Source: Mobula hypostoma (Eukaryota). Taken from it: a stretch of 64,000 nt of DNA. The notes under the pieces are model-generated. The model saw only the letters and a program-made list of their open reading frames with translations. It was not told the origin of the DNA and did no database searches. The DNA lies in NCBI RefSeq assembly GCF_963921235.1, contig NC_086097.1, forward strand, positions 216,320,001 to 216,384,000, read 5' to 3'. Of this stretch, positions 22,236 through 34,790 are shown piece by piece; position 1 is the stretch's first letter; every line of letters starts with the position of its first letter. The position numbers and the translations under genes are program-made.

Positions 22236-23899
22236 TGGACTCTTTAGGGTAAGTCCTTGAATTGTTCACTACTGTGTGTCACCCCTGCTTATAGGAAAAC
22301 ATCAAGAAGCCCAAATGTATTGTTCCCAACCTTTTTGATTTACCAAAGATTTTCCAGGATTGCATCCCTCTTGAAAAGCTAACAATACTTGCATTTCTCC
22401 AAATTAGCTGTAGAATTTGAAAGCAGTAACTAGGCAGCAAACAGGTTCAAAATGACATTAATAATTCCTATTTAGGTTCATAATGCCCCGATTGATTTCT
22501 GCCCAAGTCACAGCTGCCAACATTTCAACCATTTCAAAAACAAAAAGAAAAGTTCAGGGAGTAGACAGCAGATGCTTCTAGCAACTATTTCCTTTCAGTG
22601 TTATACCAACACTGACCGCAAAAGGGTTGCCAGTGATAGGACAATTGCTATATTTTGCACAAGGAAAAAATTCTATGATTTCTCCAAATTATTCATTAGA
22701 AATTTTCTTTATCTGTGTTTAGCAAAGTGTACCTTAATGTAGTTCTATGGCATGGCGTATATCACGCTCAGAACATAGACGCCAGATACAAAACCGTATC
22801 AATTTGAGCAGACTTCATCATCTAATGTTATTTAATTGCAAGCTCTTCTGATAGCAAAGCTCTTTATTCAAATAACATTTTTGCGGTAATGGGTTCAAAT
22901 TTCCACAAGCCCAATTGCATACCATGAAAGAGAAAATGAGCACAAAATGATTCTGAAGTTTATCATGGTATATGGATCCTAAATCTATTTTGGCAAAAGA
23001 AACCAGAGCATAATTTTCCTTTTATCATAAATTACAGATCTGTTGCACAGTGCAAATATTGCAGAGCTGTAAGACAGCTGTGTCCCATTAAAATGTGTAA
23101 TGGTCACTGATTTCTTACAGCACATGGTCATCAGGCTGAATCCACAGCCAGTAATTAAGAAGATGAAATGTTTAATTGTGCTTTAATTTTGATAAAATTT
23201 ATCTGTCACACATCCTGTAATCAGGTATTACACTCACAAATCAATGTCATTGGATCTGAGTGGTGATGGAGGCAGCAGGTTCTCTCAGCTGACAGATTCA
23301 TTTGAATGTCAAACTACCCTGTTCAGTAATCACAGCAGTGCTGAAATGTCAATTGCTGCAAAGACCGTGACATACTGGGTGCGAACCCTCTCTTTAAAAA
23401 GTGAGGACACCACGGCTAGAAATATGATTCTGCTGAAAAACATAGATCAGTAATGTATGGGAGACCCTCCCCAATTTATCCCAGTGATGGACTAATCTGA
23501 AAATTTTGCATGCATTTCAGAAAATCATTGTGGAATTTAAACAATACTAATCACAATATTTTCCACATTAGTGCCATCCATAGGGATGGTTTCAGGAGTC
23601 ATCATGCCTGTTTGGCAAAATCTAATGATGTTTGAAGTTGTGTCTGAACCTCTTAAAGAAGTTGGATGTTGTTCAAAGATTTCTGAGTGCTTATCAGAGT
23701 AAGGGAAAAACAAATAGACACAACAATTCATTGCCTAAGCACCAATGGGGTGAAATAGAGGTTCCCAATGCTCAGAAGAGGAGGAAGCTCTCCAGAGCAG
23801 AAATGGTGGCAGCGAGAGAAGGTTGGCAAAGAAGGCAATGCCAGGAGGTTTGCCTCAGGGCATGGGTACAGAAAGGTTTAAGGACCTTGAGCATACAAC

Positions 23900-24557
23900 T
23901 GTGAGGGGATCCAGGAATGCCCCTATTAACTGTTTGGAGAGAGACATTTATAATTGATGGCTTGTTTGGAAAGGAGAGAGACAGAGTTATTTACCACCGA
24001 TATGTTGCTTTTGAAAAGAGAGAGAGAGAGACGAAGATCCACAGTTGGACTGTCACTTTAAGGCATTGGACGTAACTTTGGATTTTTACTGAGGTTGGAG
24101 TTGGAGACAGCACCGAGCAGCTCGTAAGTTGCTATGGTGACCAAAGGCAGATTGTTGATATTTCTTCAAGGACTTGTTGCCTGCTTGTGCACTCCTTTAC
24201 AGACAAAGGAAGGAGGAACTCTTTGAGTGACAGGTGATGCTCAGCCTGGTGAAATAAATGGGAGGTCAGACGATACAGACCTCAGGACGCATGATCTGGA
24301 CACTGAATGAGCATTGTTGTTCCCCTTCAGGAAAAGTGGGTTTTGGAGGATCAATCAGGCGGATTGATCCAAATTGCTATTCCAACGGTGAAGAAGGGGT
24401 TGACTGGTGGGGAGTTGTCTATGTGTCCACCCTCACCTGGGTGATAGCTCCACCACAGAAGACCGGTCCCCCTGGTTAACGTCACAGATGGTGACTTGTA
24501 AAGGATTTCGGAGGACGATGAGAAGATCGACAGCATCAGCTCACCTGAAGACTCAAC

Positions 24558-24595
<38 letters not shown>

Positions 24596-24877
24596 ACTAC
24601 TCAACTAAATACCACGAACTGAACTGAACTGAACTTTACTCAACATCGTAAGACTGTATCTTTTTACCCCCTAGACTTAATGAAGCTTGGTTTTTTCATA
24701 CATATATATTCCACACTTACTTTTATATATAATCATTGCTAACCTGTTTGAATTATTTTCATTTATATTACTGTATTGCTTAGTTACTAATAAATATTAT
24801 TAGTTTATAGCAATACGAGACTCCAAAGTGTTTTCCATCTCTGCTGGTTCTTTATCCCTGTCACGGGGTCTGTGACA
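23900..24877 (+). mobile_element. Solo LTR (978 bp), related to 15187-16041
   Basis: TG...CA termini; 4-bp TSD CAAC (23896-23899 / 24878-24881); AATAAA at ~24789; its 3' end resembles the minus-strand 3' end of the 15187 LTR. Confidence 0.9.
24557..24592. repeat. (CT)n microsatellite inside the solo LTR
   Basis: Directly visible. Confidence 0.9.
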
Positions 24878-25519
24878 CAACCAAGTTCAATGAACAGATG
24901 AAACCATCTACCCACCTCCCCGTGACCAGCAGGGGAGCGTTACTCTGTAGGTATCACACCTTCACCATTCACCCAACGATCTCTCTGTAACACCACTCCT
25001 GCCTAAATGGATATGCCCTGGCACAGAAATGGCACTACATTATAACATTTTCAATAATGTTGTTCTCTTTTCCATGATGGAGATCAGAATTAAGTGGGCC
25101 AAATTGGCTCAAACAAGTCCAACTTCTTCAACTTGCTTGGATCTGCACTCCTCAAGTTAAGGAATTATTTCCCTGTGCAGCCTGTAAATGATGAAAAGTT
25201 TTGCAGAGAGTTTGCTCTTCTGCCATGAGGCATGCAGCTGTCAATGTGCTAATTCAGTCGCTGATCCAGACCAGTTTCTCAATGATGATTCCAGGATGCG
25301 GAAATGCCATTGGCTGCAGGGAGAGAATGGTCACGTTTCTTTTATTACCCATGACAACTTGGCTTTCATCCTATTGTTGAATGGTGTCTAGGCCTGGCAG
25401 TATGGAGGCATAGTTACAGGTTGTTTTCCTGAGCTTTTTATTCAATGGAATAAGGTTCTCAGCTGGCCTAGAACTAGCAGTCATGCCCTGAATGATCCTG
25501 GAGAGAGACTTCACCCAGT

Positions 25520-25762
25520 TGTTTGTTTATTTATTTATTTATTTAGAGATAAAATAAGGAGCAGGCATTTCTGGCCCAACGAGCCACACTGTCTAGGAAC
25601 CCATCCATTTAACCCTAGCCTAATCGCAGGTCAATCTACAATGACTAATTAACCTACTAGCCCGTATGTCTTTGGAATGTGGGAGGAAATCGGAAGACCC
25701 AGAGGAAACCCATGCGTTCATGGGGAGGACATACAAATTCCTTACAGGTGGCACCGGAATTT
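25520..25762 (-). mobile_element. V-SINE (HE1-like) fragment with (TTTA)n tail
   Basis: GTCTTTGGAATGTGGGAGGAAATCGGAAGACCCAGAGGAAACCCA, rc of the V-domain. Confidence 0.8.
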
Positions 25763-25859
25763 CAAGTTAAGACCTTCATCTAGCTGAACTTCCACCGGCA
25801 TCTCGTTTTATTTTTGCTGCAGTTTCCAGTGCCCGCAGTCTCTTTCAGGCCCTGTGCTT

Positions 25860-26467
25860 CGAGCTGATTTGAAGAGCTTGAGAGCGGCTTCAGGCTGGGC
25901 AATGAAACCTGGGCCCAGAGTGAGTTGCTGGGCAGCGTGGTCTAGGCCCAGAGCCTTTCAGTTGCTACCCGCAATAGCCTCTCCTCTCTCCAGGGTGCTG
26001 GGGCCTTTTATTGTTCCGTAGCTTGGTTAATTTAAATGCAGGCCCAGATAGACTGAAAAGACAGGGTGTTGGGGTCCAGGACCAGCGCCAATTTCACTCG
26101 TTCTCCACAGTGGATGTCTCCATGGCGCTGAGGTTATGAAGACTGCCCCGGCTGCTGTGCTCCATGCCTACTAATATGAGGGACTGATAAGTGAGGCTTT
26201 GGGCCTACTCCAGGCTGTTGCAGGGTTTGGATCCGAGGACTCCATTTTCTGTTCAAAATGTTGTTGCTGTTCGCTTCAATTGTTTGCATGATTTGTATTT
26301 TCTTTTCTCTTACACATCGGGTGTTGATCTTTTATTTTTATTTTTATCCTTTTTTTTCTTGAATTGGGCTCTTTTGGGTTTCTTGCTTTGTGGCTACCTG
26401 TGAGCGAGAAAATCTCAAGCTTGTATAATTTATACATTCTTTGATAATGAACGTACTTGAATCTTGT
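25860..26467 (+). mobile_element. Non-coding Rex1-tailed element fragment
   Basis: 3' end AATCTCAAGCTTGTATA..TTTGATAATGAACGTACTTGAATCTTG matches the Rex1-type tail seen at 3971-4050 (rc). Confidence 0.55.
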
Positions 26468-26595
26468 GTCTCTAATGACAAAATATGAGCTGCTTCAAAA
26501 CTCTTCAAGCATTCATGTCTCTCTCTAGGATCCCAGTAATGTTCTCCAGGATATTTTCCATGGTTTTCATCACAGATCCAGTGTACAAAACTATT

Positions 26596-29500
26596 TGACA
26601 CAGTGTTCGATGATGGTCCAAGCGCAGGGAAAGAGACACAGCAGCAGAATGAACAGTTCACTGAGTTTTAATAAAAACTATACAGAAAAAAAAGGGAAAT
26701 AATAAATACTAGGTCAAGGGGGCTGCTAACTAAAGGTAACACCGTCATTGCAGCTTGGAAGCAGTAACTTAATCATTATCATCATTGGGTGCTGTGTCAG
26801 TTACTTAATACAGTACTAAATTAGCACTCCTTCTTTACGGCATCAATTGAAGTTCTAATCTTCTTTCCCGAATGTGGACTAAGGTAGGTAGGGAACATTG
26901 TCGTGGCTTCAGTCGATTTTTACAAGACTGAACTGAAAGGAAGTGAGTTAGATACAACCACAAAGAAACCCTAATTGACTGGAATGTGCATATTGTTTCT
27001 GAGAGCTCAGCGGAGAACCCCTGTCCCATTTGCACATTCTCTTGTAGGTTGGTCCAGTTGTTCAGCAGTAGGAATTCCCACATCAGTCTCCTGGTCAGGG
27101 AGGAGTGGTGGCTGGAATCCCCTTGGGAATTCAAAGGGGGTCGTGCCAGCGGAGGACGGCTGGAGGTCATTGTGGGAAATCTTTGCCAAAACCAGTTGGG
27201 AGCTCCAGGTTGTGGGGTTGGTGGAAAAAAGGCAGGCAGGGTCGTTTCCAGCTCTTGATTCACTCTCTGAGTCTGACTGTTAGATTGGGGGTGGAAGCCT
27301 AATGAAAGGCTGGCTGTGGCTCCCAAAAGAGAACAGAAAGCCTTCCAAAAACGGGATGTGAACTGTGGTCCTTGATCAGACGCTGTGTCCTGTTGGAAGC
27401 TGAGCAGCCTGAACACGTGTTAAGCTATGAAAGTGGCAGCTTCACGAGCTGATGGGAGCTTGGGGAGAGCAGCAATGGGGGGCTACTTTGATGAACTGGT
27501 CGTAAACTACCGGAATGGTCGTGTTCCCATCTGACAGAGGCAGACCAGTGATGAATTCCACTGAGAGGTGGGACGTGGGGTGGTGAGGCACAGGCAGCAG
27601 TCAGAGCAGACCAGCTGTGCTCTGACACGATGTCTTGTTCTGGGCATAAGTACGACAGGCAGAGACAGAATCGTGGACATCTTGGGACATAGACAGTCAA
27701 CAAAATCATCTCTTTATATATTCTAGGGTCCATTGAATTCCTGGATGGTAAACCAGACAGGAAGAGTGATCCCCTTCTTAAGAACCCTGGGCTGCACACT
27801 GGCAGGTTGGGAGGGCCCCACCTGGGCCTGGATCTGACAGTTGGGCAGCCGTCAGCTCCGTTTCTATTCCCCAAATAATGGACGAGCTATGCTCAAATGA
27901 GGAAGGATGGGCTTTAAATTGGCAATATCCTCAGAGACGTCAAACTGGTGAGAACAGAGTCTCGGTATTCTTGGCTGCCAAGATGGTAGGTGAGGGTGAA
28001 ATTAAACCAGGTGAAGAAAATAGCCCAACAGACTTGCAGGAATTGAGCCTCTTGATGTCATGAATCTAGACCAGGTTCTTGTGGTCTGTTCATAGCAGAA
28101 AGGGGCGCTCTGCACCCTCCTGCCAGTATCGCCAGGCTTCCAGGGCCTCCTTCACAGCCAGAAGTTCCCGGTTCCGAACATCGCACTGCAGGAGACAAGC
28201 GACGGGTAAGGAAAGCACCTTCCATTTGAACACTGGAAGTGGTGAGGACCTAGCCCAAGAACGACACCTGCTCTTTGTGAAACTCCATTTCTCTAGCTTA
28301 GCATAAAGGTTGTTCTTGAGGAGCAGTCTGAGAACCCTCCAAAGTTTGATCCTGCTGAGAGTGGGAATAGATAAGAACGTTCAATAGGTTCAATAGGTAC
28401 ATTTAATGTCAGAGAAATGTATACAACATACATCCTGAAATTCTTTTTCTTTGCAAACATCCACAAAAACAGAGGAGTGCCCCAAAGAGTGAATGACAGT
28501 TAACCGTTAGAACCCCAAATCCCCCCAGCTCCCCCCTCCCATGCATAAGCAGCAGCAAAGCAACAACTCCCCCTCCCCCACCAGCAAAAAAGCATCAGCA
28601 CCCTCCACTGAGCACTCAAGCATGAAGCAAGCATTTATGAAAACATAGACTTGCAGTACACCAAAGACTACTCATTTACCCGGTTATTTGATATAACACA
28701 GGCTCTCTTTCTCCCTAATAAGGGAAAAAGAGGTGTCCCTGTTTCACAGCGAGAGGGGGGAGACATAGCAAACAAATTGCTGAGTTATAGTGTTTAAAGT
28801 CTGTTGCATCACTTTTTCTGTACTCTGCGCCCAGAGAATCACCCCAGGGTCATGTCCCTGGGCACACGGCTCCTGAAGTTCCATGTTCTCCTGCGACTCC
28901 TCAGTCAGGGGCACTGGCCTTGAATCAGCCCATCTCCAGAGCCACGAAAATCCAGCACCCTGAAGGTACACTAATCTTCCGGGTTGTGTCCTTGGCATAT
29001 CAAAAAGCAACCAGTCTTGATGCCCTGAGAGCAGGTCCCATTCCCACATAGAACTGAAGTCAGAATGTAATTCCAGGTCAGGGTCTTCAAATGAACCTTA
29101 AAAAGGAAAAAAAGAGTTATCGAAGATAGAAATAGAGCTGTTTCCAAAGATGCAAGCAAATGAGTTGCCATTTAGCGCCATCTTAACTTTGCTCCGCCCT
29201 CCGCATGCCATCCAAATGACATTCAAATACACAAAATCAAACCAATTCAACATGTCCCGGCATGCTGGAAGCACTACTCTATTAGGTGAAAATGTTTACA
29301 GGGAGAATCGAGCTGCCAGAATTCCCCTTCTTGCTGACAAGTATTCACTTTTACTGAGCACGTGGAGCATGAAGTGTCCTGGAGTGCCACAGTAGAGGTA
29401 GGAACCTGTCCTCCTGCACCAACCATCCCTCCTGAGATAGTTGCATGCCACCCACTGGCAAGGGGTCCTCCATGGACTGTGTACTGGTTGATGAGTGAGA

Positions 29501-30834
29501 GGGTGAAGACAGGCAGTGATATAAAGAGTAGGAGGCTCAGGGAATTCTCCCTCTGCGCACCTCTGTTTCTCCGTCGTCCATTCGAGTAACCAGATTTATC
29601 AGGTCATCTCTGCAGTCCTGTTTGTCATGCATTGCGATCTCATGTTGGACACCTGCGCTCAACCAACACCGGAAAGCAGTGATGAGGGATCTCTCGTTCA
29701 ACCCCGTCTCAGCCGTAAGTGTGTGGAACTTCACTAAGTAGTCTCTCTCTCTTTCTCCCCTGGCACCAATGATGGAATCAGTGGGGAGTCTCTTGACCCC
29801 ATACTGGGAGGTCAGACATTCTCTTGAACTCATCTACAAATTGTTGAAAAGACTTGGGCTGCAGGGGAACCTTGTTCTCATAGACTGTTGAAGGTGATTC
29901 ACCAATTCACCATGTAAACTAGTTTATGCACATCATCACCAAGCTGACCTGGCTGGGCTTGGGAAGTCATCTCACACTGGGTAACAAAGTTCCTGCAACC
30001 GATGGGGTGTCTGGAGTTTCTGCCTTGAGCAGGAATACTCAGTTCAGGTCCGGAAGCTGCCAAAGGAATCAAGGCATTAGTAGCTGAGGGTAATGAGTCT
30101 ATTATAGTGAAGGTTGTGGGAGGTTCTGATGCTGGAAGTGGGACTGCCCTATCAAAAGGCTTCTGAACAGCAACAGAGAGTGTAGTAATGGCTGCCACTT
30201 AATCCGGCTGCCTGTGGTGAGTTGCTGGACAGTCCCTGCAAGTGTTGGCTCCTGTTCTTCCTGCCTGGACTGGACTTGCCACTCTGAAAGTAATCATTGG
30301 ACCGCATGAGCCAGTTAACTCAGTCTCCACTGACTTTAACTTCTCTCCTATCTGACCAACTAAATTCAGGGCCCAGATCAGCTGTTCTGTTTCCACTGGG
30401 TCCACTTTGATGATTGAGTCTTGCTGACACTGTGTCTAATGTTGGCAGAAGAGCAGAGGGAGGGACAAAGCAGCAGAATGAACACTTCACTGAGTTTTAA
30501 TAAGACCTGTGCAGAACCAAAGGAAAATAATGAACACTGGGCCAACAGGGCCATGAACTAAAACTCTCAAACTAAAATCTAACATGTCACTGTAGCCTGG
30601 AAGCAGTAACTCAACACGAAATTAATACCACTTCTTGACAGCGTCAGTCCAAATTGTAATATTCTTTCCCAGAACGTGGATTAAGGTAAGCCAGGAGCAT
30701 TGGAACTCAATGCTTTGGTGAAGACTTAACAAGATTGAAATGAAAGGAAGGGAGTTAAATACAAACACAAAGAAAGTCTAATTGGCTGGAATGTGCATTC
30801 TCACGAACCTGCAGCCGAGACCATGGTTGCGACA
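26596..30834 (-). mobile_element. Degenerate, internally deleted sushi-ichi-like Ty3/Gypsy LTR retrotransposon
   Basis: LTRs 30425-30834 (TG..CA) and 26596-~26990 (truncated). TSD CTATT / CTACT. gag (MDP.., FVTQCE, YLVKFHTLTAETGLNERSL) and zinc-knuckle-like LYCGTPGH at ~29355-29405. [30 protein letters not shown]. RNase [24 protein letters not shown]. Integrase [38 protein letters not shown]. Confidence 0.92.
28381..29220 (-). mobile_element. Non-coding Rex1-tailed element inserted into the Gypsy RT
   Basis: Minus strand AAGATGGCGC at 29184 and tail (ACCTATTGA)2 at 28381-28399; no ORF homology. Confidence 0.7.
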
Positions 30835-32489
30835 CTACTGGAATCATGGCTTGTGAAGAATTTTGTTTCCCCCAAGAGTCATCCATTAGATCAGGCAATG
30901 ACTGAATTATAATAAGCAGAGCTGATTTAATTGCTAACTTTAAAAATTGCTACTGATATTCAGATGTTTAAATTGTTTGATTTCATTTTTAACTGCCTTT
31001 AAGTATTTCTGAGTGCCTTTGTAGATTTGACAGGTGGGAAAGCTGTGGACTGGGCCTTACCATGAGTCAGTTACTGGAGATTCTTCATGGATAAGACTAT
31101 TCTGACTGAGCAATTATCACTGGAAGTCCTAATGCTCGGCTGGACTGTTCTCGGCCAGCAAGGTTCAGGTTCTGGACATAGACAAGGTAAAGGCATGGGC
31201 ATTGGCCACTTCGACACCAGCAATCTTGGGCCCCTCTCAGCTAACTCTAGATCACTGCTTAGAATTTCAGAGATTATGTTGATTATTACATTCTGGTGAT
31301 CTTTCGCACAGCAGATTCCTCAAATGATACAGAGTAGATCGTCAGAACTGGTAAGACCTTCATTTTAAGCAGGATATCTGAGAATAGGTATCTGAGTTTA
31401 TTATACTAGTTTTCTTAACATTTTCCAAAATATTTCCTGGGTACCAGTCAGCTTCTTTAGTCTTCCTCCTCATCATAATCAAATCTGCACAACCATCACC
31501 TTCATTTATGTATATGAGCCAGTTTTGGAGGAACTAAATGTTATTCTTGCTGTCATTATGGGTGTAAGTAGCTTCTGGTGTGATAACCGGTTTGCTAAAT
31601 AGAAAGCTGTGCTGGAAGAACATTAATATAGCCTGTAAACAAGGAGATCCGGTTTCCCTTACTGCATCCTTACTCTAATAGTCCACAATGCTCACAATAA
31701 CTTTTATGATGTTACATTTTGATGATTGAAAGTTGCTACTTTTCCTTTATCGACATTAGATGCTTTTGGATACTTTTGATGGAAGTTTTAAAACCTGATT
31801 CCATGTGTGCATTATTTTTCATTTCCTCATTGTTTCAAATAAGCCCATCATGGCTAACTCTGTAAATTCTGTATGCTAAGTAGATTAAAAGAGATATTTT
31901 AGGGATTGTGGGGGTTGGGGGATGTTATGGCAACTGATTTACAAATGTTCAAAACTGTAATTAAAAGACTGTGATCAGCAATTAGGACTTTTAAGCTGTC
32001 TTAGTTGTTCTGGTGTGGTATTACACTCTGCTTAACATGTGGCATTCATGATAATTAAAATGATGCTAACACATGGACAATTTTATGGCCCTTATGGTGC
32101 AGCCCATTATGCCAAATACAAGCCTATGTTTGCATAGCATACACTACACAGCCTCATTACACATGCTTTCTCTTCCCTCCTTCAAATAAATGTTAAGGCA
32201 ATTTGCAGAAAAATGTAATCTGCACTTTGAGTCGATTGTTCATGATTTAGTAATGAAAGTAGAATTTTTTCCAGCTAGTTCCGAGCCTTTACAAGCCATT
32301 TCAAGGGTGTGGAACTCAACAATAGGAAGGAATATCTGACACAGCAATAAAAAAGCTGCTGATTTGCTGATGGTTTTGTTTTCATGTTTTCACTAGAGAT
32401 TACTTTCACCTGCTTTGTGTCCTCTGTGCTAATTTCAAAGAGCTCTTCCCACTTATCAAGAAGTTTCTTTCCTTGGGATGAACAGATTG

Positions 32490-32925
32490 GAGTCAGTTGA
32501 GGATCAGCTGGTGGCATGCTTTCCCCTGAATTAGTAGGCTCCTGGTTAAAGACCCACCCCAGACATTTGTACAGACAAATTTAAGCTGACATTCCAGTGC
32601 AATTCTGCACTGTTGGAAATACCATCTTTCGATGAAATGACAGACTAAGCTCCTTCTGCTGTCTTAGGTAGACATAATAGATCCGGTAGATGTATAGCCT
32701 TGAAAACCAAACAAGTTAGCCTCAGTATTAAAGCCAAAATCTAATTCTCAGTCAAACTTTTTAACAAAAAGATTTGCATAGAAATCCACCTCAAGCTGTA
32801 ATGTCGAGCACGCCCATCAGCATGTTGTTCAACACTCCTCGAAGTTACATATTGGTTATGAATTATTCTGCAGCATTGCAAAAGGCTTGCGAAAGGACTC
32901 CGTAGAAGTGCAAGTTTTATTTTCC
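32490..32925 (+). mobile_element. Ancient DeuSINE/SacSINE1-like SINE relic
   Basis: Collinear with the remembered consensus: GCTGACATTCCAGTGCA..CTGCACTGTTGGA..CCATCTTTCGATGA..AGGTAGACATAATAGATCC..GAAAGG..AGTGCAAGTTTT. Confidence 0.65.
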
Positions 32926-33994
32926 TTCTCTGCATATGTTTTTACTGTTAAACATATTCTTCAAAGCTGCTCATTTATTACTTGGACACAAAGCATAAAG
33001 CAATTTTCCATCCATGAAGCATATAAGACAGAAAATTGAAGGCAAGAGAATCTGGGCACAAAGTGAGGGGGGGTAGTTCCTTAATAATTTGAGATTTCTT
33101 TCAATTAATCTTGTCCCTTTCTTCTTGTTTTAATTTTACCTTCCTTGCTTTCACAGTTTCCCCTTGCACAATGTGGCCGCCTGCCTTAGGGATATACTGA
33201 ATATATGAAATTGTTCAAACAATTGGTACAGTTGCGTTTTGGCACGGAATTTAAAATGCTTCACCTTTAAATGAAAATGGATATGTATTGTCCTCATCAT
33301 AACCTTGGGTAAAAAAAATTTGTTGAACCTTGAGAACCTGCCACCTTGTTCAGTTGCCGTTTAGATGAAGGATTGCTCATTATCCCAGGCTTTCCATGAC
33401 ATCAATCGCACTCCACAGGTGGCAGAACGAGTCACAATCTGAGCAAGATGTCAGTTTTCCCCTCACCAAGATGGAGCACCTTGATTCCACGTGTCATTCC
33501 ATCTGGCATCCTGGCTGAGGACTCAATAAACTCACTCATCTGAGGCAATCATGTTGAAGTGACAGGCAGTGCTGGGACTTGGACTCGCCACATCCTGGGC
33601 TGGTGCCAGGCACGCCACTATTGGAGCTACCCGGCTGCTCCAAACTGCCAGGCAGCTTTTGGGTTGTGAGGCCTGAACCAACTCACTCCCCAGGATTATT
33701 TTGGTACTCGGAGAACTTACCTTTGATATCCTTAAGTTCACATAAGATCCAGATACAGTTCTGGTCTGAAATAGAACAAATTCTTTAATTCTACTTCAAG
33801 TAAGTCCTTATGCACGCTTCTGATAATCAACAGAATGAATATATTAACAGCCTACAAGAGTAATGCTTTTCATTAGTTGCCTTAATTAATGTCCCATTAT
33901 ATTTGACAGAATTTTGATGCAATGAGTTTAATGCATGCAAATATAAAGTGACAATATACTTGGGGAAGTACCAGCTGATAATTGAGTGCTCACT

Positions 33995-34200
33995 TGTAAA
34001 AGGCAGATCTGATGTATCACAGATTTTTATGAGGTCACTAGTATGATATATTGGGGAGTTTCTATCAATGGTGCCTGTATGGATGGCCCATGGTGTATAT
34101 TTGTCCTATGGATCAGTACTTAGTTGGGAGGGAGATGATAAACCATGGTAGCAAGGAGCCTTATTCTCTCAGTGATAAAATGTAACAAGTGATATTCCAT
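33995..34200 (+). mobile_element. Very old CR1 RT fragment
   Basis: AAAGGCAGATC..TTTTTATGAGGTCAC..TGTATGGAT resembles KGRSC..FFEEVT..VYMD. Confidence 0.45.
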
Positions 34201-34209
34201 TAGTAAGAT

Positions 34210-34790
34210 ATGTAACTTCCACCTCTGTAACATCACCCAATTCTGATCCCACTTAAACTTACCTGCTGTTGAAACTCTTCCCCAGACCTCTATTACCCGG
34301 GTGATTACTCCAAAGAGTCCAGAACATCCATCCTCTTTATAAATCTGTCAACTGCAAATCTGCTGCCTTTATTTTAACTTACACAGTTCTCCTTGCCCAT
34401 TACCCTTTCACCTCTTGACCCATTCCATGCCCAGTTTATCAATGGCCCAGTTTTAAAATTCCCATCCTTATTTTCAAACGCCTTCTGGGTTCTCCAAATC
34501 TCTTTCCCTGTATTCTCCTCCAGAACTGCAAATCTGAGTGTTTGAATGCTCCAGTTCTGACCTCTCTAATATCCTCAATGTAATCAGTAGTAGCTGTGCC
34601 TTCAGTAGCCATGCCCTGCAGTTCCCTCCCTCAACCTCACCACTCCCTACCTCTCATTCCTCCTTTTAAGTGAATCCTTCATTCAGATTCTTTTGCTGCC
34701 CTTGTATCTTATTATGCAGCATGGTGTCAATTTTTGTTCGTGACTCTCCTTGAAAGGGCAGGGATCCTATATAAAAGAGGCTGTTGGATA
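34210..34790 (+). mobile_element. L2-clade LINE 3' fragment
   Basis: Degenerate FHLCNIT..AVETL..DYS..SAA..PIT..FKIPILIFK, typical L2 ORF2 end; tail TATATAAAAGAGGCTGTTG. Confidence 0.7.

Noticed and set aside
29400..30405. Domesticated gag gene (PEG10/RTL-like)
   Set aside because: gag is broken into several frames with stops and still lies between LTRs.
31061..31171. Minus-strand exon-like interval ending ATG|GTAAGG
   Set aside because: Stop codons in all three frames.
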